This document shows positions 9,423-18,715 of a DNA stretch of 64,000 nt, piece after piece. The DNA is from an uncultured Candidatus Binatia bacterium (GTDB lineage Bacteria; Desulfobacterota; Binatia; UBA9968; JAJDTQ01). A program made the position numbers and the translations under genes. The DNA is taken from positions 128,001 through 192,000 of the forward strand of contig OZ244070.1 in assembly GCA_965215605.1 (NCBI GenBank). The letters are read 5' to 3'. Under the pieces are notes generated by a model. The model was not told the origin of the DNA, searched no databases, and saw only the letters and a program-made list of their open reading frames with translations. Within the stretch, counting starts at the first letter, position 1; the number at the start of each line of letters is the position of its first letter.

Positions 9423-10481
9423 CTATGGGGCGGAGCGGCCCGGCCCCAGGGCGAGCCCCCCGTCGCCGCCCCCGCTCGCGGCGTTGGCGGCGTCGTCCTC
9501 GGCGATGAGCCTGCAGGCCACCAGCACCAGTATCGGGACGATGTACATGTGGCCGCTGACCCACATGATGCCGCCGCCGAGGGCCTGGTCCTGGACCGGG
9601 CTCAATTTCTCGATCACCGGAACGGCCGCGTAGAACGGATACAGAACGCGCTCGGGCAGGGCGATGGCCATGCCGAGCAGCGTGTTCTGAAGGGTCGCAG
9701 CCAGCAGGTACACGATTCTCCACCCCAACGGGCGCATGGGGCGGAACAGCGGCGCGGCGTTGACGACGGGCCACCAGAAGAGCACGGCCGTGCCGAAGAA
9801 CAGCCAGTGCTCCAGGTCGTGCAGCCACCAATACTCCAGCGCGGCCTGGTACAGCGCGGGGTGGTGCCAAGCCCACAGGTTCGCCACGTAGAGGGCCCAG
9901 GCTACCGGCATGGAGGTCAACACGGACAGCGCGGACCGGAGCGGAGCGCCGTCGCGGAACAGCGCGGCGAAGCGCTCCCGGATCGCGGCGGGGAGGCCCC
10001 AGACCACGGCGGCAAAGGGGTTGGCCAGGAGGATCCCCAGCGGCGCCACCATCAGCAGCAGGATGTGCTGCACCATGTGCATGCTGAGCCGCTCCGAGGC
10101 CAGACGGTCCACCGGAGAGACCAGCGCTGTCAGGAGGGCGGCGATGCCGCCGAGGTAGAGAGCCAGACCGGACAGGGTGGCGGCGCCATCGGCCTGTCTG
10201 CGGAGCCGGCGCCACCCGGTGAGATAGACGGCCGCGGCCAGCGCCAGTGCCAGAAGAATGTCCGCGCGGAAGTTCCACGGGATCATCCCGAACACCAAGA
10301 CCAGTGCGTCGAACGGCAACGGCTCGTGCGGTGAGCCGCCGTGACCGTAGAGTGCCCCCGGCCACCACCACGCCGCCAGCGTCAGGCCGGCGGTGTTCGC
10401 CGCGGACCGGAGCCGCGGCCTCGGGCTTCTCTTCCCGTCCGCCAGACGGCACCGGCCGCCGGGTCTCAAGACACCCGCCAC
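9423..10481 (-). CDS. ctaG: Caa3-type cytochrome c oxidase assembly factor CtaG
   Basis: SMHMVQHILLLMVAP, WAWHHPALY, HDLEH..F, DQALGGGIMW; exact start uncertain. Confidence 0.85.
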   Translation of the reverse strand: MAGVLRPGGRCRLADGKRSPRPRLRSAANTAGLTLAAWWWPGALYGHGGSPHEPLPFDALVLVFGMIPWNFRADILLALALAAAVYLTGWRRLRRQADGAATLSGLALYLGGIAALLTALVSPVDRLASERLSMHMVQHILLLMVAPLGILLANPFAAVVWGLPAAIRERFAALFRDGAPLRSALSVLTSMPVAWALYVANLWAWHHPALYQAALEYWWLHDLEHWLFFGTAVLFWWPVVNAAPLFRPMRPLGWRIVYLLAATLQNTLLGMAIALPERVLYPFYAAVPVIEKLSPVQDQALGGGIMWVSGHMYIVPILVLVACRLIAEDDAANAASGGGDGGLALGPGRSAP

Positions 10482-10831
10482 AGCATGAACCCCCAGGAGG
10501 GCAGCAGCGCCACGGCGCCGAGGAACCAGTAGACGGCCCCCGGGACTGTCGCCGGCCGCGCCTTGAGCCGTCTCACGCAGAACTCCGTGACAATGACGCC
10601 CAGCAACCCGCTGGCGGTCGAAAGCGCGAGCAGTGCCTTCATGCCCTTGTCCGGATTCTCTCCCGACAAACCGCCCAGCAACACCATCAGGGCGATGATC
10701 CAGGCCGGCGCCGTGGCCGCGAGGCCCACCATCCAGTAGCGCTCGGGCTTGCCGAGACGATCCCGCAGACAGGCCGACGCCAGCGCTCCCGCCAGCACGC
10801 CGATCACTCCGATCCAGATGGATAGCGTCAC
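10466..10831 (-). CDS. Hypothetical 4-TM membrane protein
   Basis: GTG start after a purine-rich RBS; four hydrophobic segments; first gene of the ctaG/tlpA-lgt run. Confidence 0.65.
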   Translation of the reverse strand: MTLSIWIGVIGVLAGALASACLRDRLGKPERYWMVGLAATAPAWIIALMVLLGGLSGENPDKGMKALLALSTASGLLGVIVTEFCVRRLKARPATVPGAVYWFLGAVALLPSWGFMLWRVS

Positions 10832-10864
10832 TCCCCTGCTCCTTCTCCGGCGGCGTCCGAACGC

Positions 10865-10889
10865 GGGCGGGTTTGAAACCCGCCCCTGC
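10865..10889 (-). repeat. GTAG-type REP element
   Basis: Minus strand GCAGGGGCGGGTTTCAAACCCGCCC hairpin; near-identical copy at 12643. Confidence 0.75.
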
Positions 10890-10990
10890 ACGGAAATCTA
10901 ACAGCCGGGACCGTGACTTGAAAGCGCGCCCCGGGCCTGGGCTTGCCGGTGGCGCCCACTACGCGTAAGACGGGAGCATCGAGCCCCGAC

Positions 10991-12205
10991 ATGCGCTTTT
11001 CCGTTTCCTCCCTGTTCGACCTGGGCGAGCTTCCCGCGGAGCTTCGCCGCTCGCTGAGCCTCGTCTACGCCTCCAGCGTGCTGGCGATCATGGGGGTGAA
11101 CCTCATCCAACCGGTGCTGCCGGCGATGATCGCGCCGTTCGGCATCACCGACGCCGACGTCGGGCTGGTGATCGCGGTCTACACCGCTCCCGCCATCCTG
11201 CTGGCGCCGCTCCTGGGAATCGCGGCCGACCGCTGCGGCCGGCGGCCGCTCCTGGCGGGAGGATTGATCCTGTTCGGCGCGGCCGGCACCGCCGTGGCCT
11301 TCGCCCCGGACTTCCGCTGGGTGCTGGCGCTGCGGGCGGTGCAGGGCATCGGCTTCAGCGCCGTCATCCCGCTCACCATCGTGCTTATCGGCGACCTGCT
11401 GGAGGAGCGCCGGGAGGTATCCGGCCAGGGCATGAAGGTCTTCATCGACCGGATCGGCGAGCTGGTGCTGCCGCCCCTCGGCGGCGCCCTTGCCCTGGTC
11501 GGCTGGCGCTGGCCGTTCCTGTCCTACGCGGCCGCCGTTCCCCTGGGGTTGCTGGTGCTCCGTTGGATGCCCGAGACCCGTGGAACCAGCTCCGCTTCGC
11601 TGGGGCGCTACCTCAGGGACGTGGCCCGGGTGGCCAGGAACCCGCGGCTGCTGCTGGCCTTCGCCGCCGGCTTCCTGCGCTTCTTCCTGGACTACGCGTT
11701 CTTCACCTATCTGCCGCTGTTCGTGGTCCGGACCCACGGCCTCACCACCGCCGGGGCGGGGCTGCTGCGGTCCCTGCACGCGCTGGGCGCCATGGTCACT
11801 TCCAGCCAGGCCGGGCGCCTGGCGGGCTCGTGGGACAAGGGGACCCTGGTCCTCGGCGCCTTCATCGTGAGCGGGCTCGCCCTCCTGGCGGTCCCCTTCA
11901 CTCCGGACATGGCAACCCTGGCTCCGGTGCTGCTGTTCTATGGAGTGGCCAACGGAATCATCTCGCCGATGCAGAAGAGCCTGTTGACCCAGAACGCCCC
12001 GCTGGAGCTGCGTGGCGGCGTCATCTCCCTGGACCGGCTGAGCCAGCAGATCGCCAAGACCGCCGGGGTGTCCGGCATCGGCCTGATGCTGGGGGTGGCG
12101 GAGATATCCACGCTCTTCTGGATCATGGCGGTGCTGTCGTTCGTGAGCGTCGGGCTGATGGCGCCCCTGGCCTGGAGCTCCAGGGACCGGGCGCTAGCGC
12201 CTTGA
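10991..12205 (+). CDS. MFS transporter (DHA1-like)
   Basis: QPVLP, GIAADRCGRR motif A, LRAVQGIG motif B, 12 TM segments. Confidence 0.85.
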   Translation: MRFSVSSLFDLGELPAELRRSLSLVYASSVLAIMGVNLIQPVLPAMIAPFGITDADVGLVIAVYTAPAILLAPLLGIAADRCGRRPLLAGGLILFGAAGTAVAFAPDFRWVLALRAVQGIGFSAVIPLTIVLIGDLLEERREVSGQGMKVFIDRIGELVLPPLGGALALVGWRWPFLSYAAAVPLGLLVLRWMPETRGTSSASLGRYLRDVARVARNPRLLLAFAAGFLRFFLDYAFFTYLPLFVVRTHGLTTAGAGLLRSLHALGAMVTSSQAGRLAGSWDKGTLVLGAFIVSGLALLAVPFTPDMATLAPVLLFYGVANGIISPMQKSLLTQNAPLELRGGVISLDRLSQQIAKTAGVSGIGLMLGVAEISTLFWIMAVLSFVSVGLMAPLAWSSRDRALAP

Positions 12206-12253
12206 CTTCGAACCGGCCCGTTGATGTAGTGCCCCACCAGGAGGAGGACACCC

Positions 12254-12646
12254 ATGCCCAGATATACCCGGGACCACATCCATCTCAGGAGCCGGGATCC
12301 CAAGGCCACGGCGCAGTACTACCACGACATGTTCGACGCGAGGATCGTCGAGACCGTCCAGACCGACGGGCGTCCCCGGGTCGACCTGGAGATAGACGGC
12401 CTGACCATCTGCATCGCCAGGGCGCAGCCGGAGCACGACTCGGCGCCGGAACGGCCGTACGTCGGACTCGACCACTTCGGGCTGCAGGTGGAGGACCTCG
12501 ACGAGGCCGCCGCGGACCTGAGGAAACGGGGCGCCGAGTTCTACTCCGAGCCGCGCCTGCTCCGCCCCGGCCTCAAGATCGCCTTCGTGCGCGCTCCGGA
12601 CGACGTCCGCATCGAGATCCTTGAACGAAAGAACGACGCCACGTAG
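12254..12646 (+). CDS. VOC/glyoxalase family protein
   Basis: DHIHLRS, GLDHFGLQVEDL, AFVRAPDDVRIEILE metal-binding pattern. Confidence 0.88.
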   Translation: MPRYTRDHIHLRSRDPKATAQYYHDMFDARIVETVQTDGRPRVDLEIDGLTICIARAQPEHDSAPERPYVGLDHFGLQVEDLDEAAADLRKRGAEFYSEPRLLRPGLKIAFVRAPDDVRIEILERKNDAT

Positions 12647-12668
12647 GGGCGGGTTTCAAAACCCGCCC
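12643..12668 (+). repeat. GTAG-type REP element
   Basis: GTAGGGGCGGGTTTCAAAACCCGCCC between convergent genes, overlapping the VOC stop codon. Confidence 0.75.
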
Positions 12669-12699
12669 GTGTCGCGGACCGGCGCTCCGGGACCGGCGT

Positions 12700-13788
12700 C
12701 TACGTTTCCCGGAACTCCGCGCCGTCGATGGGAAGCTCGGTGCCCAGCCCCTTCTCCCTGGCGCGCTGGTAGAGCAACTCGCCGATGGCCTGGTCGCCCA
12801 CGCCCCAGAAGGCATTGTTCTTGTAGAAACTGATCTGCTCCTCGGACGTCCGCCCGGGCACTTGCCCGGCCAGCAACTCGCCGAGGTCCCACACGTCGTC
12901 CCAGGTGATGACGCCCTGCTGGACCGGATCCCACAGCACCCCGGGCTCGTCCAGGATCTCCTGCCGCTTGGAGTTGCAGACGATGATGTCGCAGCGCTGA
13001 AGCGTCTTGTCGTCCACCTCGCGCCGCTTCTGCTGGATGAAACCGCCGCGCATGAGGCCGATGTTGCTGGAGACGATGGAGCACAGGTGCACCCCCGGCT
13101 CCAGCCAGTCGCCGTCGAAGGTGGGCACGTTGGAGTTGGTCACCGACAGCAGCACGTCCACGCCCTGGACCGCTTCGCGGTTGGTGGCCACCGGGCGCAC
13201 CTCCATGTCCAGCAGCTCGGTCATCTTGGCGGCGAACCGGGTGCGGTTTTCCGGATTGGGGCTGTAGACCTTGGCTTCCTCGATGCCGGGGATGACCGCC
13301 TTGGTCGCGAGCAACTGGCACTCCGCCTGGGCCCTGGAGCCCAGCACCCCCACCACCCTGGAGCTCTGGCGCGCCAGGTGCTTGATGCCCACCGCGGTGG
13401 AGCAGGCGGTCTGGACGTTGACCACGTTGTTGGCGTCCGGCAGTTCCTTCACCCGGACCTCGCCCACCGTGATGCACTTGAGCTCGGCGTTGTTGCCGTT
13501 GAACATCACCCGCACCGGGCGCCCCCGGGTCTGGTAGGTCTGGATGCCGTTGTCGTGGATCATCACGTGCTCGCAATGGGTCAGGATTCCCGTGACCCCT
13601 GCGGAGTTCGGCGCCCCCTGGTGCACCGTGACGCGGGCGTTGTCCACCGAGTGCACGCGGCGCCTCAGCGCCCCCAACTCGCGGTTCTTCGCCCAGTCCA
13701 TGTAGCCCCGCTCCATGGCGTCCACCGCCTCTTTCATCGTGATGAGCCCGGCCATGTCCTCGGGGCCCAGCAGTAGTACCGATGCCAT
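12700..13788 (-). CDS. Ornithine cyclodeaminase/mu-crystallin family protein (divergent copy)
   Basis: OCD layout: VGVLGSRAQA, VYSPNPENR, VTNS, LEPGVH, DLGELLAG..PGR, YKNNAFWGVGD. Confidence 0.82.
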   Translation of the reverse strand: MASVLLLGPEDMAGLITMKEAVDAMERGYMDWAKNRELGALRRRVHSVDNARVTVHQGAPNSAGVTGILTHCEHVMIHDNGIQTYQTRGRPVRVMFNGNNAELKCITVGEVRVKELPDANNVVNVQTACSTAVGIKHLARQSSRVVGVLGSRAQAECQLLATKAVIPGIEEAKVYSPNPENRTRFAAKMTELLDMEVRPVATNREAVQGVDVLLSVTNSNVPTFDGDWLEPGVHLCSIVSSNIGLMRGGFIQQKRREVDDKTLQRCDIIVCNSKRQEILDEPGVLWDPVQQGVITWDDVWDLGELLAGQVPGRTSEEQISFYKNNAFWGVGDQAIGELLYQRAREKGLGTELPIDGAEFRET

Positions 13789-13826
13789 TGCAACACCTCC
13801 CTGACAGTCGTCCGTTTACCGGCGCC

Positions 13827-14996
13827 TTAGTTGACTGGCGCCGCTCCTCGCTTCAATAGCAGAAAGAGCCGGCCCGGGCTCTTCATGTATCCCGCCTGGG
13901 CTCCGGCCGAGTCGCCAGCGCCGAAATAGAGGTCCACCCGCGCCGGACCCCGGATCGCCGCGCCGGCGTCCTGGTTGAGAACGAACCGCCCCACCGGGCG
14001 CCAGCCCGCCAGCGCGCCGTCATCGTCCACCACGGGCGTCCGGGTCTCGACGAACAAGAGCGCCCCCTTGGGGTAGATCCGGTGATCCATGGCCGCCGAA
14101 CGGCCCGCCGTGAGCGGAACCCCGAGACTTCCCAGCGGCCCCCTCTCGTCCAACCGGAAGAAGATGTAGCGCTCGTTCCGCGCGAACAACTCCTCGCGCT
14201 CGCCCGGAAACTCCGCGAGCCAGGCGCGGATGCGCTGCATCGACATGGACTCCCCGTCCAGCCTGCCCTGGTCGATGAGCACCTTGCCGATGCTGGTGTA
14301 GCGCATGCCGTTGGTGGCCGCGAAGTTGAGCGGGATCTCGCGCCCGTCGGCCATCCGCAAGAGCCCCGAACCCTGGATATGCAGAAAGAAGCGGTCCACC
14401 GGGTCCCGCAGCCACGCAATCTCGTAACCCCTGCCCTTGAGGCTGCCCAGCACGTCGATGTCGCGGCGGGTGTAACCGGCCGCCTTCCGGGCCCGGCCGC
14501 GCAGCTCGTCCGGCTCCCGATAGACGGGATAGCGGTAGTCCGCGGTCTCCACCGGGCTGGCGTCGATTACCGGCTGATAGTAGCCGGTGAACAGGACGTC
14601 GCGCCGTGCCGCGTTCAGGGGCGCGGGAAAGAAATCGAACCGCTCCGCCACCCGATGGGGCCACGCCTTGTCCGATACCGTCGGGTTGTCCAGGAGATCC
14701 AGAAACTCGGCCAGGGACGCCCGGATCTCTTGCGCCGTAACCCGCCTGGGCCACTGTCCCAAAGGCCGCGCCGCCGGGACCGCATCGAGGAACCGCAGGC
14801 TCTCCGCCACGGCCGCCCGGAGCGACCGCGCGCCGTGATCGTCCGGGACCTCCACCGGCAACCTGGGGGCTTGGCCCGGCTGCGCCAGGGGCGCCGGGGG
14901 CAGCGGCAGCGCCGGCCCGCAACCGCCCAGCAGTTGAAGCGCCGCGAACACGACCCCAAGGACCCGCGCCGCGCTCCGCCCCTCCCGCCAAGCCAC
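13827..14996 (-). CDS. mltA: Membrane-bound lytic murein transglycosylase A (lipoprotein)
   Basis: Lipobox-like LGGC, FTGYYQP, FFLHIQGSG, NERYIFF, QDAGAAIRGPARVDLYFG. Confidence 0.88.
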   Translation of the reverse strand: MAWREGRSAARVLGVVFAALQLLGGCGPALPLPPAPLAQPGQAPRLPVEVPDDHGARSLRAAVAESLRFLDAVPAARPLGQWPRRVTAQEIRASLAEFLDLLDNPTVSDKAWPHRVAERFDFFPAPLNAARRDVLFTGYYQPVIDASPVETADYRYPVYREPDELRGRARKAAGYTRRDIDVLGSLKGRGYEIAWLRDPVDRFFLHIQGSGLLRMADGREIPLNFAATNGMRYTSIGKVLIDQGRLDGESMSMQRIRAWLAEFPGEREELFARNERYIFFRLDERGPLGSLGVPLTAGRSAAMDHRIYPKGALLFVETRTPVVDDDGALAGWRPVGRFVLNQDAGAAIRGPARVDLYFGAGDSAGAQAGYMKSPGRLFLLLKRGAAPVN

Positions 14997-15010
14997 CGGA
15001 CGGCGGCGCC

Positions 15011-16099
15011 TCAGTCCCGGATGTCCTGGGTGAACCATTCCGTGGGCAGCTCGCGCCCCATGCCCTTCTCCTTGGCCATCTGGTAGACCCGCCCGGCGCA
15101 AGCCGCGAACTGAAGGCCCTGGGTTCCCGCGTTGATGAAGAAGGTGGTCTGATCGGGGCTGGTCCGCCCCGGCTTGCGGCCGAGCTTCACGTCTATGAAG
15201 TAGCTGAAGTAGTCGCCGGTATAGACGTCCTGCACGGGGTTCGGTATGCGCGCGATCTCCTCGGGCTGACCGGCCACGTAGCCCACGTTGCCGTGGAGCC
15301 GCACCATGCCCTCGTCCATGGTGACCACGGTGTTCCGCCCCAGCTTCACCGAGATATCGCAGGCCTTCACCACCCGGGGGCCGATCTCGCAGGCGCGCAC
15401 GCAGGTGATGTGGGCGCCGCGCTTGAGCCACTCCGGATTGTCGAACACAACCCGGGTGGAGTCGGTGCAGGCGGAGATGATGTCGGCCCCCCGGACCACG
15501 TCCTCCGGCCGGTCCACCGCAACGACCTTGAGGCCCAGGGTCTCGCTCATCTCGGCGGCGTAGGCCTCGCGGTTCGCCTTGGTCGGACTGTAAGCCCTCA
15601 CTTCCTCGATCTTCCGCACCTCGTTGAACGCCATGAGATAGGTCCGCGCCATGCCGCCGGAGCCGAACATGCCCACCACCGCGGCATCCTCCCGGGCGAG
15701 TTCCTTGGCGCCCAGTCCGGCGCAGCCTCCCACCCGCATGTGCTGCAGCACGCCGTCATTGATGATGGCCAGGGGCTCGCCGTTGGCGATGCTGAACACC
15801 ATGATGAGCCCGCAGTAGTTGCCGGGCTCCATGCAGTACTTCTCCTCGGTGTCGCCGCCCGGCCAGTAGACCACGTCCGACTTCATCCGGATCGCGAACG
15901 TGCCGATGGTGCGGCTGGCCCCTTCCATGGTGCCCCAGCGGTAGTAGCCGTCGGGCCGCTCGCAGGGCACCCACACATCCAGCCGCGGCCGGTACACCGC
16001 GTCGTTGCGGCCGAGATCGTCATAACCTGTCTCCAGCGCGTCGAGACAGGCCTTCATGTTCATCAGCTCTTCCACTTCCTGGTTATTGATGAGCAGCAT
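15011..16099 (-). CDS. Ornithine cyclodeaminase/mu-crystallin family protein
   Basis: IRMKSD, QHMRVGG, GSGGMA Rossmann motif, GTQGLQFAA. Confidence 0.85.
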   Translation of the reverse strand: MLLINNQEVEELMNMKACLDALETGYDDLGRNDAVYRPRLDVWVPCERPDGYYRWGTMEGASRTIGTFAIRMKSDVVYWPGGDTEEKYCMEPGNYCGLIMVFSIANGEPLAIINDGVLQHMRVGGCAGLGAKELAREDAAVVGMFGSGGMARTYLMAFNEVRKIEEVRAYSPTKANREAYAAEMSETLGLKVVAVDRPEDVVRGADIISACTDSTRVVFDNPEWLKRGAHITCVRACEIGPRVVKACDISVKLGRNTVVTMDEGMVRLHGNVGYVAGQPEEIARIPNPVQDVYTGDYFSYFIDVKLGRKPGRTSPDQTTFFINAGTQGLQFAACAGRVYQMAKEKGMGRELPTEWFTQDIRD

Positions 16100-16215
16100 G
16101 CGTGTTCCTTCCGGTCGTTGGGTTGGTCAGGCCCTATTTTCCTATACGATGCAAGGCACCTTGAAAAGGGACGCCCGGCACAGTCGAGGACACGGACAGG
16201 TCGGCCAATCCCCCG

Positions 16216-16280
16216 GGACCCTGGGTCAAACTTGCCTCGGCCTTGACCCCGGATCAGGTCCGGGGCAGGCTCCGGGGTCC
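16216..16280. repeat. Palindromic intergenic repeat (CCCCGGATCAGGTCCGGGG core)
   Basis: Hairpin core related to those at 33157-33181 and 46121-46143. Confidence 0.55.
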
Positions 16281-16396
16281 GGAGACGCTGAGGCACCCGC
16301 CCTTGGCACCGACGCACAGTTGATGATCCGAGGCCCGGCCTGTATGCTCTCAGGCCGGCAACGGAAGCCGCCCGACGGCTCGGAAGCCTGACCCCC

Positions 16397-17509
16397 ATGG
16401 ACGCGGACATCATCGCAAAGCAGCGGAAAGCGATGGAGGAGCGGGGCCTCGACGCCCTCATCGCCAGCTCCCCCGAAAATCTCGCCTATACCACGGGTTT
16501 CGTGGTGCCATCCCAACTCCTCATGCGCTGGCGTCACGCCATGTGCATCGTCGACCGCTCCGGCCACGCCACCATGGTCACCATCGACATGGAGGAGACC
16601 ACGGTCAAGGCCCACGCCGCCTTCGACGACATCCGCGTCTACCGGGAGTTCACCGACGATCCCATGCGCGAGGTGGCCGCCGCACTGAAAGACCGGGGGC
16701 TGGCCGGAGCCCGGGTGGGCGTGGAGATGGACTATCTTCCCGCCGGAGACTTCGCCACCCTCCGGGACCTGCTGCCGGACACCCGCTTCGTGGCCGCCGA
16801 CGGTCTCTTCTGCAAACTCCGCCAGGTCAAGACGGCGCGGGAGATCGCGCTCCTCCGCTCCCTGAGCCGCATCACCGACTCGGCCATCGGCGGGACCCTG
16901 GCATGCGCGCTTCCGGGCATGACCGAGCTGGAGATGGCCGGGGATCTCACCGGGCGGATCTTCGCCGGCGGCGCGCAGCACTTCAAGCTCATGATCATCG
17001 CCTCCGGCGAACGCAGCCAGTTCCCCAACGTCGGCCCCACCGACCGGGCGCTTGGGAAGGGCGACCTGATCCGCATGGAGATTTTCGGGGTCCTCGACGG
17101 CTACCACGCCGGCGTGTGCCGCACCGCGGTGGTGGGCGAGCCGACGCCGGAACAGGAGCGCATCTGGGACAACCTGGTCGAGTGCAAGCACTTGGTCATG
17201 GACCTCATCAGGCCCGGGGCCCTTGCCAAGGCAGTGTACCAGCGGTTCCTCGAAAAATTCGACGAACTGGGGCTGGAACCCATCAGCTTCGTGGGCCACG
17301 GCATCGGCGTGTTCCTGCACGAAGAGCCCTACCTGGGGCGCTACGGCGAGGAGGTGCTGGAGGAAGGCATGGTGGTGGCCATCGAGCCGCTGGTCTACAT
17401 CCCCGGCCGCATGGGGCTTCAGAACAAGGACATGCTGCTGGTGACCCAGGACGGCTGCGAACTGCTCTCGGACGCCACCGGCACGGACAAGCTCATTCCG
17501 ATCGGCTAG
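16397..17509 (+). CDS. M24 (Xaa-Pro peptidase/creatinase fold) hydrolase
   Basis: Creatinase N-domain, RQVKTAREI, GHGIG..HEEP, IEP; first two metal ligands atypical. Confidence 0.85.
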   Translation: MDADIIAKQRKAMEERGLDALIASSPENLAYTTGFVVPSQLLMRWRHAMCIVDRSGHATMVTIDMEETTVKAHAAFDDIRVYREFTDDPMREVAAALKDRGLAGARVGVEMDYLPAGDFATLRDLLPDTRFVAADGLFCKLRQVKTAREIALLRSLSRITDSAIGGTLACALPGMTELEMAGDLTGRIFAGGAQHFKLMIIASGERSQFPNVGPTDRALGKGDLIRMEIFGVLDGYHAGVCRTAVVGEPTPEQERIWDNLVECKHLVMDLIRPGALAKAVYQRFLEKFDELGLEPISFVGHGIGVFLHEEPYLGRYGEEVLEEGMVVAIEPLVYIPGRMGLQNKDMLLVTQDGCELLSDATGTDKLIPIG

Positions 17510-17519
17510 CGGAGCGAAG

Positions 17520-18680
17520 ATGAAGATCCAATCCATCGAAACCATTCCGGTCAGGCTGCCCACGCGCCGGGTCCACCAGTGGGCCAACCTCAAGACCCCC
17601 ATCGGCGTCTACCTGCTGGTCCGGCTGGAGACGGACGATGGCTGGACCGGCCTGGGCGAGGCGCCGGCGCTGAAGGACTGGGGCGGCGACCACATGCGCT
17701 ACTACGGCGAGACCCCGGCGTCGGTGGCCGGGGTGATCCACGACATCCTGGCGCCGAGCATCGTGGGCGAGGACCCGCGCCGCATCGAGTGGATCCACAC
17801 CCTCATGGACCAGGCCGTCAAGGGGTACCCCTACTCCAAGGCGGCCATCGACATGGCGCTGTACGACGTGGTGGGAAAGGCCGCGGCTGTACCCGCCTAC
17901 CAGCTCCTGGGCGGACTCTACCGGGAATCGGTCCCCATCTCCCACAGCATCGGCCTCATGGACATGGACGAGGCAGTGGCCGAGGTGAGGCGCGTCCAGG
18001 CAGAGGGCGTCAAGACCATCAAGCTCAAGGGCGGGGTGGAGCCGGGACGGGATGTCGAGTTGCTGCGGCGCGTCCGGGAAGCCCTGGGGCCGGACATGAA
18101 CCTCACGGTGGACGCCAACAACGGCTACCGGTCCGCCAAGGAAGCGGTCCGGACCACCAAGGCCATGGAGCCTTACAACATCCTCTACATGGAACAGCCC
18201 GTGGAAGGCCTCGACGCCATGGCCGAGGTCACCCGGCGGGTGGACACTCCCGTCATGGCCGACGAGAGCGCCTGGACCACCTGGGACGTCCTGGAGATCA
18301 TCGAGAAGAAGGCCGCCGACATCATCTCCATCTACACCACCAAGCCCGGCGGCCTGCTCAAGGCCAAGAAGGTGGCCGCCATCGCCGAGGCCGCGGGGTT
18401 CCCGTGCAACGTCAACGGCTCGGTGGAAATGGGTGTAGGCAACGCCGCCAACGTCCACCTGGCCGCCTCCACCGCGGCGGCGAACCTGGCCTGCGTGATC
18501 CCGGTCACCGTCCCGGACGCGGAAGCCTCGGGACGCACCGCCGGCATCTATTACAAGGACGACATCGTCACCGAGCCGTTCGAGTTCGCCGACGGCGCGG
18601 TCAAGGTGTCCGACCGGCCCGGGCTGGGCATCGAGCTGGACGAGGAGAAGGTGGAGCGGTACCGGACGGACCGGGGATAA
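17520..18680 (+). CDS. Enolase superfamily enzyme (MLE subgroup)
   Basis: GLGEA, AAIDMALYD, KLK, DAN, EQP, ADES, PGLGIELD. Confidence 0.9.
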   Translation: MKIQSIETIPVRLPTRRVHQWANLKTPIGVYLLVRLETDDGWTGLGEAPALKDWGGDHMRYYGETPASVAGVIHDILAPSIVGEDPRRIEWIHTLMDQAVKGYPYSKAAIDMALYDVVGKAAAVPAYQLLGGLYRESVPISHSIGLMDMDEAVAEVRRVQAEGVKTIKLKGGVEPGRDVELLRRVREALGPDMNLTVDANNGYRSAKEAVRTTKAMEPYNILYMEQPVEGLDAMAEVTRRVDTPVMADESAWTTWDVLEIIEKKAADIISIYTTKPGGLLKAKKVAAIAEAAGFPCNVNGSVEMGVGNAANVHLAASTAAANLACVIPVTVPDAEASGRTAGIYYKDDIVTEPFEFADGAVKVSDRPGLGIELDEEKVERYRTDRG

Positions 18681-18715
18681 GTCGGGAATGACCTGTCCGG
18701 GCGCCGGGATCGATC

